27,632 bases of DNA from Chlamydiota bacterium (GTDB lineage Bacteria; Auribacterota; JACPWU01): assembly GCA_016196885.1 (NCBI GenBank), contig JACPWU010000043.1, forward strand, positions 1 through 27,632, in the 5' to 3' direction. The notes below the pieces were generated by a model that made no database searches, was not told the DNA's origin, and worked only from the letters and a program-made list of their open reading frames with translations. Numbering within the stretch: the stretch's first letter is position 1; each line of letters begins with the position of its first letter. A program made the position numbers and the translations under genes. Positions 1 to 6,144 of this stretch are shown here, piece after piece.

Positions 1-2
1 AA

Positions 3-317
3 ATGGCTTATGTCATCACGGAAAAATGTTTAGGCGAGCGCTATGCTTCTTGTGCCTCGGTTTGCCCAGTGGAATGCATTCATCCCGGCGATTATCAAGG
101 CAAAGAGTTCATGATTATTGATCCCGAAGTCTGCATCAGTTGCGGGCTTTGTCTTCCGGAATGCCCCATCAATGCCATTGTAGATACAGAGGATCAGGAT
201 CCTACATGGGCCAATATCAATAAAGAACTGACGCCCTCTTTCAAGGGGAACCCTCCCGCTACCGAGAGACCCCGAAACGATCCACCGAAAAGACCGGATA
301 ATAAGCTTGTACAATAA
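3..317 (+). CDS. 7Fe-type (3Fe-4S + 4Fe-4S) ferredoxin
   Basis: ATG at 3 and TAA at 315-317. The Cys spacing C-x7-C-x3-CP (CLGERYASCASVCP) plus C-x2-C-x2-C-x3-CP (CISCGLCLPECP) matches the Azotobacter-type 7Fe ferredoxin pattern. The C-terminal tail is Pro-rich and basic. Confidence 0.85.
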   Translation: MAYVITEKCLGERYASCASVCPVECIHPGDYQGKEFMIIDPEVCISCGLCLPECPINAIVDTEDQDPTWANINKELTPSFKGNPPATERPRNDPPKRPDNKLVQ

Positions 318-328
318 GGATAGTGGAC

Positions 329-415
329 AGCGTAAAGCGTTCAGCGGTCAGAAAAAAATTCTCGATTTCGAAGTACATGAACTGAACGCTGTACGCTAAA
401 GGCTGCACGCTTTTT
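329..415. terminator. Heptad-repeat hairpin between convergent genes (ferredoxin + / permease -), followed by T5
   Basis: Arm AGCGTAAAGCGTTCAG (329-344) pairs with CTGAACGCTGTACGCT (382-397) at 15/16 positions. The loop is 37 nt and contains an A7 run, and a T5 run lies at 411-415. The arms belong to the same repeat family as 4965-5083. Confidence 0.5.
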
Positions 416-1572
416 CACTCTTGTCTTAACGCCCGGGCCATTTCAACCTGGGAAGCGGATCGAGCTGGAAATATTCCGCCGACAATTCCCATCACGAAGG
501 CAAATCCAAAGGCCGACAGTAAAATGGAAAATGTGACTCGAAACTGAAAGGTGATGTCCCAAAACATGGGACTCAAGGTGGTGATGGAAATTCCATTCAC
601 AATCAACCCCATCAAGGATCCTGTCAATGCCCCAAAAAAGGCAATGATGCATGACTCAATTAAAATAGCGACCAGAATATTGCCTTTCGTGAAACCCAAA
701 GATCTTAAGGTGCCAATCTCTTGAACGCGTCCCGCCACCGCAGCGTACATCGTGTTCATTCCTCCAAAAACGGCTGCAATGGCCATCAAGATTGCCACGA
801 GATTTCCCAAAATATTGATTTGGGCCAAGGCTTGGCTTTGCTCCTCGTAATACCCAATTTCCGTAAGGGCCTTGACATGAAGCCTCGTGTCATCTGAGAG
901 CTTCTTGATGAGGGTCTGAATCTGTTTCGGATCTTTCACTTTGAGGGTCACACAAGAAATCGTCTCTTTTTTTTGATCTGCCAAAAGTTCATTCAAGTCC
1001 ATCCACATTTCAGAATCGTAAGACGTGCCTCCTGCCCCCAAAATGCCGACCACCGTCCATTCTCCGCGACCCAATTTAATTTTATCCCCCACGTGATAGC
1101 CCATTCTTTTGGCGACAGCCTGACCTAAAAGAACCCCTCCCCCTGCCACATTCTGGGTTCCTTCAATGATTCTCACCTTGTCATACACCCAAAAAGCCTC
1201 TGGAAGAATTCCTCGCGTCCGCGTAGACTTTCTCTGACCCTGAACATTTTTCATCGGGACTGGGATGGCGATGTGATATTCAGCAGAGACACATGACTTT
1301 CCTTCTGGCATCGTTTTAGCCTCTGGGATCGCCCTGAGCTCAGTCAAAATTTCCCGATCCAAAACGCTAAATTCCGTGGCGACACTGCCATCCCGCATCA
1401 AAACAATATTATCGGGAGAGCCCGTGGAAACCATGGCCGATCGAATGCCTTCGGTGAAGGCCATCAGGCAAATGAAAATGCCGACGGTAAGACCCATTCC
1501 CAAAATGGTCATCACCGTCGTGACCCGACGCACCATTAAATTTCTGTAGCTGTATTTTAAAGGGAGAGACAT
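415..1572 (-). CDS. ABC transporter permease, FtsX/MacB-LolC type
   Basis: N-terminus KYSYRNLMVRRVTTVMTILGMGLTVGIF (TM1), then a roughly 220-aa periplasmic domain and a C-terminal 3-TM FtsX module (RVQEIGTLRSLGFTKGNIL...). It is co-directional with the ATPase and adaptor genes. Confidence 0.85.
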   Translation of the reverse strand: MSLPLKYSYRNLMVRRVTTVMTILGMGLTVGIFICLMAFTEGIRSAMVSTGSPDNIVLMRDGSVATEFSVLDREILTELRAIPEAKTMPEGKSCVSAEYHIAIPVPMKNVQGQRKSTRTRGILPEAFWVYDKVRIIEGTQNVAGGGVLLGQAVAKRMGYHVGDKIKLGRGEWTVVGILGAGGTSYDSEMWMDLNELLADQKKETISCVTLKVKDPKQIQTLIKKLSDDTRLHVKALTEIGYYEEQSQALAQINILGNLVAILMAIAAVFGGMNTMYAAVAGRVQEIGTLRSLGFTKGNILVAILIESCIIAFFGALTGSLMGLIVNGISITTLSPMFWDITFQFRVTFSILLSAFGFAFVMGIVGGIFPARSASQVEMARALRQE

Positions 1573-1630
1573 TTGTCACCCATTTTGATCTTTGTCATCA
1601 TAAACTTTCGTCTACTCAAGTGGGTAAAAA

Positions 1631-1861
1631 CAGTCAACAGTCCACAGTCGATGGTCGATAGCTTTAAAGGAATTATTTATTAGGCATATGCACTCGATTC
1701 CCCTTTGTAGTCGCCCGATTCATCGGGCAAACCCACGCAAGGGGCACAGCCCCATGAATCGGGCGACTACAACTTCTTGCCATGGCGCTTGCTATCTAAG
1801 GGGCATCAAGTGCATATGCCAATTATTTATTTCTATGGACTGTGGACCGTAGACTATGGAC
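1631..1861. repeat. Inverted arrays of degenerate heptamers (CAGTCNA x4 at 1631-1662; CTRTGGA-type x4 at 1833-1861) flanking the MITE
   Basis: Left array: CAGTCAA CAGTCCA CAGTCGA TGGTCGA TAGC. Right array: CTATGGA CTGTGGA CCGTAGA CTATGGA C. The core GTCCACAGTC / GACTGTGGAC is perfectly complementary, and about 20 of 24 positions pair over the extended arms. Confidence 0.55.
1671..1831. mobile_element. 139-bp MITE-like palindromic element (1682-1820) flanked by an 11-bp direct duplication AATTATTTATT
   Basis: AATTATTTATT occurs at 1671-1681 and again at 1821-1831. The terminal inverted repeats are GGCATATGCACTCGATTCCCCTT (1683-1705) and AAGGGGCATCAAGTGCATATGCC (1798-1820), matching at 21/23 positions. 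An internal 22-bp hairpin is formed by GTAGTCGCCCGATTCATCGGGC (1707-1728) and GCCCCATGAATCGGGCGACTAC (1749-1770). The element has no coding capacity. Confidence 0.6.
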
Positions 1862-1884
1862 TTATTTTCATTCTTGATTTTCAC

Positions 1885-3039
1885 CTATCCCACTCTTCTT
1901 AATGTGTTCGAAATGGATAATTGGGCCGCATGAAAAGCGGGGACAAGACCGCTCAAGAGCCCAATCATCATGGCAATCGCAATGCCCACCGCAAGGGTTG
2001 CGGGATTCACCACAAAATAACTGAAAGGTCCCAGCCTCAAAGAAACCCCATAAAATGCAAAAAAGAAATAGGCCCCGAAAGAACCCAAGGTCCCGCCCAG
2101 AGAGGCGAGCGTCACAGATTCACTTAAAATGAGTGAAAGGACCAGGCGTCGCGTGAAACCCAAACTTTTGAGAACTGCAACCTCTCGAGAACGCTCCCGC
2201 ATAGACATGGCAATGGCGTTAGCTGTAATCGAAACACTGGAAATAATCACCAAAAAAGAAATGATGCGAATAATCCATTCAATCGGTCCAAAGGATGACA
2301 TAAAATCGCTGAAGGCCGCTTTCTCTGTAAGCGTCTCCGTTTGGACAGGGCGATTTTCAAACATTTTATCAATGGCAGAGCTGATGCGCGGGATCATGTC
2401 TCGACTGGCAATTTTTAAAGTGATGCTGTGGGCAATTCCAGGTTGTCCCAAGACCTCACTCAGATAATCGAAATGGAGTAAAATATTGTCGGCCGCAATT
2501 CCACTGGGAACCTCCCCTACAATTTTCACTTCCATCCGGGCATTCACATTCGCAGCATCAACAGTCACCATTTGCCCCACTTTCCAACCATACCGGTCCA
2601 TCACTTGCTTACCCACGAGGGCCACCGTTCTCTCTGTCTTTTTAAAAGCGTCTCGCTCGTCTTGAGGAATTTCTCGAAAATCCTTTCTCATCCAATCAAT
2701 TCCCTGCGGAACAATGGAGATTGTAAAAATCGGCTCCTCCCCCTCTTTCTTCGGTTGAACAATCACGAAAAGATTCGTGGAGAGATCTAAAACCCCCGGA
2801 ACTTTTCGAATTTCATCCACATAAGCCAAAGGAACCCCGCCATTCATAAAAGTGGAGTGTTTGTCCCTGACGACCAAAACGAGGCTTTGTTCAGATTCAT
2901 GAATGAAATTTTTCAAGGTGCTTAAAATACAATCGAGCGCACAAAAGAGAAAAAGAGAAATGGCAATATTGAGAAACGTGAGAAGACTTCTTTTTTTACT
3001 CCGAAAAATATTGCGAAGGATAAAGCGAATAAAGCGCAT
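1885..3039 (-). CDS. ABC transporter permease, FtsX/MacB-LolC type (second, non-identical copy)
   Basis: The ORF track starts at a TTG at 3051. I prefer the ATG at 3039 (MRFIRFILRNIFRSKKRS), which has a GAGG 7 nt upstream. The C-terminus carries an FtsX module (REVAVLKSLGFTRRLVL...). Confidence 0.85.
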   Translation of the reverse strand: MRFIRFILRNIFRSKKRSLLTFLNIAISLFLFCALDCILSTLKNFIHESEQSLVLVVRDKHSTFMNGGVPLAYVDEIRKVPGVLDLSTNLFVIVQPKKEGEEPIFTISIVPQGIDWMRKDFREIPQDERDAFKKTERTVALVGKQVMDRYGWKVGQMVTVDAANVNARMEVKIVGEVPSGIAADNILLHFDYLSEVLGQPGIAHSITLKIASRDMIPRISSAIDKMFENRPVQTETLTEKAAFSDFMSSFGPIEWIIRIISFLVIISSVSITANAIAMSMRERSREVAVLKSLGFTRRLVLSLILSESVTLASLGGTLGSFGAYFFFAFYGVSLRLGPFSYFVVNPATLAVGIAIAMMIGLLSGLVPAFHAAQLSISNTLRRVG

Positions 3040-3083
3040 TAAAAACCTCAACGTTCAGCGTACAAACCATCCATTGTCAATTC

Positions 3084-3785
3084 TCAATTATAAATTGACG
3101 AAACGCTTTCTACTAAAGCCCCCTTCTCCAAATGCAATGTCTTCTTCGCATAGGCGGCAGCCTTGGGGTCATGCGTCACCAAAAGAATGGTTTTTTTAAA
3201 TTCTTGGTTCAGGGCTTCTAAAAGTTTCATCACCTCGGTCGCTGATTTCGCATCCAAATCTCCGGTCGGTTCATCCGCTAAAATAATCTTGGGATCCGCC
3301 ACAATGGCTCTGGCAATGGCAACCCGCTGTTCTTCTCCCCCGGAGAGCTGGCTGGGTAAATGCTTGGCCCTTTCTTCCAGACCCACGATCTTTAAAGCCG
3401 TCATGACTCGATCCGATCGATTTTTTTTTGACATTTTCATCAGCAAAAGAGGAAGCTCTACATTTTCAAAAGCCGTCAAAACAGGCACCAAATAATAAAA
3501 CTGAAAAATAAATCCCACACGGCGACATCGCCAAGAAGCCAACTGAGATTCGTTCAAACGTGCGATATCTGTTTCCTGGACCCAGATTTCTCCGGTGGTG
3601 GGATGGTCAATGCCTGCAATGAGATTCAACAAGGTGGATTTTCCAGATCCCGAAGGGCCCATCAACGCAACAAACTCGCCCTCTCCCACGGAAAGCTGAA
3701 TATTTTGCAAGACATGCAAACGCTCACTTGCCCTCATAAATTCCTTGCTCACATTCTTGAGTTTAATCATACCCTCCACATTCAT
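3084..3785 (-). CDS. ABC transporter ATP-binding protein (MacB/LolD-like, stand-alone)
   Basis: Walker A GPSGSGKST, ABC signature LSGGEEQR and Walker B ILADEPTGDLD are present. The ATG at 3785 overlaps the adaptor stop codon (ATGA). An alternative start is M6 at 3770. Confidence 0.9.
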   Translation of the reverse strand: MNVEGMIKLKNVSKEFMRASERLHVLQNIQLSVGEGEFVALMGPSGSGKSTLLNLIAGIDHPTTGEIWVQETDIARLNESQLASWRCRRVGFIFQFYYLVPVLTAFENVELPLLLMKMSKKNRSDRVMTALKIVGLEERAKHLPSQLSGGEEQRVAIARAIVADPKIILADEPTGDLDAKSATEVMKLLEALNQEFKKTILLVTHDPKAAAYAKKTLHLEKGALVESVSSIYN

Positions 3786-4942
3786 AACTCTCTCACTTTC
3801 ACGGAACTGCCGTCTTGAATCGGTTTTGAACTGTTCACAATCAATATATCTCCTTCTTGAAGGCCTTTTTTAACAACGATTTCTTGTCCCTTTGCTTCTC
3901 CCAATTCAACCTCCCGTAAAATAACTTTCCCATCCTGAAAAAGAAACACGTGGGGACTCCCCTCTTGATGAATGGAACCTGCAGGAACTAAAATTTGCCG
4001 TGATAAATTTTCTGCCGAAACTTCTTTCTCGGCTAAAAAAGTGATTTTGGCACTCATCTCGGGTTTTAATTTTTCATCGGGATTTAAAATTTTAACTTTG
4101 GCCTGGACGGTCCCCTTCTGACGATTGGCCAAAGGTGCAATTTCTTCCACTCGGGCCTGGTAGGTTTTCCCTCCTACGGCGTCTACGGTCACAACAGCCC
4201 CCTGTCCCAAATAAACATTGCCCACTTCGGATTCCGAAATATCTACCTCCACCTGAAGATGGCTCAAATCCGCAATTTTATAAACACCTGTCTCCTTGCC
4301 TGCTTGAAGCTCTAAATTGGGATTCACCACTTCACCTACCTCAGACATTTTATCCAGAATCACGCCGTCGATGGGAGAAATGATTTGAGTATTTCTCCAC
4401 TGGGCCTGGGCCAGAGAGGCCTGAGCCTTTTTCACCTCAAAATCGGTATGGGTGCGATCATATTCAGAGAGGCTGATGATTTTTTCCGCAATCAATCCTT
4501 TGGCTCGCTTTAAATTGGCCCGGGCCTCTCTTAAATTGGCCTTGGCCAATTTCCATTGGGCCGCAAGTTCATCATCCTCGAGGCGGGCCAACAACTCTCC
4601 CTTTTTCACTTTGTCTCCCTCTTCAAACAAAAGTTCCTTGAGGCGTCCTGACGTTTTGGGCCCAACCACCGTTTGAGTCTTAGAAATGAGATAACCCCCT
4701 CCCGTTAAAAGAGGCACATGATTGTAAGGATGAGAAACTGTGACCTCCCGTACTTCTACGGTGAGGGGACGATGCCTTTTCAGAAATCCAATAGCAGCGG
4801 CGAGGACAAGAACGGCAAAACCCACCCCCACCCACTTCCATGGAAAAGGTTTGGAGGGTGTTCGAAGAGGCGTACTTTCAGAATCTTGAATCACCAGACT
4901 CTTTAAGGCATTTTTTCTAGATTCTTCGGTGGACTCGTTCAT
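3782..4942 (-). CDS. HlyD/MacA-family periplasmic adaptor (membrane fusion protein)
   Basis: It has an N-terminal TM (WKWVGVGFAVLVLAAAIGF), a biotinyl-lipoyl-like segment (GRLKELLFEEGDKVKKGELLARLE), a coiled-coil hairpin and a beta-barrel C-terminus. It is the first gene of the ABC set. Confidence 0.85.
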   Translation of the reverse strand: MNESTEESRKNALKSLVIQDSESTPLRTPSKPFPWKWVGVGFAVLVLAAAIGFLKRHRPLTVEVREVTVSHPYNHVPLLTGGGYLISKTQTVVGPKTSGRLKELLFEEGDKVKKGELLARLEDDELAAQWKLAKANLREARANLKRAKGLIAEKIISLSEYDRTHTDFEVKKAQASLAQAQWRNTQIISPIDGVILDKMSEVGEVVNPNLELQAGKETGVYKIADLSHLQVEVDISESEVGNVYLGQGAVVTVDAVGGKTYQARVEEIAPLANRQKGTVQAKVKILNPDEKLKPEMSAKITFLAEKEVSAENLSRQILVPAGSIHQEGSPHVFLFQDGKVILREVELGEAKGQEIVVKKGLQEGDILIVNSSKPIQDGSSVKVREL

Positions 4943-4962
4943 AGGGGGAGATTATAGCAGAG

Positions 4963-5083
4963 ACAGCGTACAGCGTACAGCGTTCAGCGGACAGCACTAG
5001 CGTACAGCGGACAGCGTTTAGCGTTCAGTAAAAATAAATCCACTCCTTATAAACTGTCCGCTGAACGCTGTACGCTGTACGCT
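4963..5083. repeat. Perfect 30-bp inverted repeat built from tandem ACAGCGT-type heptamers (hairpin/terminator after the epimerase gene)
   Basis: 4965-4994 AGCGTACAGCGTACAGCGTTCAGCGGACAG is the exact reverse complement of 5054-5083. The left side carries about 10 degenerate heptamers (4963-5031) against 4 on the right. The hairpin begins 3 nt after the stop codon at 5086. Confidence 0.85.
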
Positions 5084-5085
5084 AT

Positions 5086-6069
5086 TTAAAGGTATCCTTT
5101 CTCCCGATACCACTCTCCCGTGCGTTTCAAGCCTTCTTTTAAATCGACCTTGGGCTGATAGCCTAATTCTCTCTTCGCCTTTTCAATGCTAAAGGCCCGG
5201 TTCTGACGAAACCAATCCACGCGGCGGCGGAAAATAGGAGGATCTATTCTTAAAGGCTTGTAAAGAATCTCACACCCCAGGGCGACCGTCCAAAGTGGCC
5301 AAAAGGGCAAGTGCTGAATCTTGAGCTTTACGCCCAGGCTCTGTGCAATCGCCAGAACCAGTTCGTTCAAGCTGTGATATTTTTCGTCCCCGATCAAATA
5401 AACCTCTCCATTTCCCCGATCCGAGGCCGAGGCCGCCTCAAAGGCATCTACCAAATTATCAATGTAAAGAGGATGATAATGAGCCTCTCCGCTCCCAAAC
5501 ATGAGAAAACGCCCCTGATTTACACGCTTAAATAGCATTAAAAACCGCTCGGGATCTCCAGGTCCATAAATCGCCGTGGGCCGCAAGGTCAGGATTTTGA
5601 GCCCCTTTCCTAAATATTCCTTCACCACCCGCTCCCCCTCATATTTCGTATATTGATAATAATCTTCGGGTGCAATGGGAGAATCTTCGGTGGCAGGTTC
5701 ACTCCTCACATGACCATGGATGCCGCAGGTGCTACAATTGACAAATTTTTTCACGCCATATTTAAGAGCAGCCTCCATGAGATACCGCGTCCCTTCAACA
5801 TTGACATCCCAATAGATCTTCTTGGGAAGATTCACTTTCCGAAACATGGCTGCCACGTGATAAACGACCTCGCAACCCTTCATCACTTGATCCACCAAGG
5901 CACGGTCAGACACACTGCCCAAATGAATCTCGGCCCCCATTTGATTCAATCCATCATAAAAGAGCCCCTTTTGATTATCAATCACGACCACGTGAGCCCC
6001 TCGCTTAATGAGCCGCCGCGTGAGGTGACTCCCCGTAAAACCCGTCCCGCCTGTGACCAAAATTTTCAT
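5086..6069 (-). CDS. NAD-dependent sugar-nucleotide epimerase/dehydratase (extended SDR)
   Basis: Rossmann motif VTGGTGFTGSHL and catalytic YxxxK (YQYTKYEGE). The ORF track starts at 6126. I prefer the ATG at 6069 (MKILVTGG), which has AAGGAGA at 6082-6076 with 6-nt spacing. Confidence 0.85.
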   Translation of the reverse strand: MKILVTGGTGFTGSHLTRRLIKRGAHVVVIDNQKGLFYDGLNQMGAEIHLGSVSDRALVDQVMKGCEVVYHVAAMFRKVNLPKKIYWDVNVEGTRYLMEAALKYGVKKFVNCSTCGIHGHVRSEPATEDSPIAPEDYYQYTKYEGERVVKEYLGKGLKILTLRPTAIYGPGDPERFLMLFKRVNQGRFLMFGSGEAHYHPLYIDNLVDAFEAASASDRGNGEVYLIGDEKYHSLNELVLAIAQSLGVKLKIQHLPFWPLWTVALGCEILYKPLRIDPPIFRRRVDWFRQNRAFSIEKAKRELGYQPKVDLKEGLKRTGEWYREKGYL

Positions 6070-6144
6070 CTTCATTCTCCTTAAAAATGATGCCGTTATA
6101 TTAAAGGGTCGAGGGGCAGGGGTCAAGGGGCAAGGAAAGAAACG

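Noticed and set aside
4963-5031. Possible CRISPR array, given the tandem repeats.
   Set aside because: The repeat unit is only 7 nt, there are no unique spacers of 25-40 nt, no cas genes are in the window, and the array is half of a hairpin.
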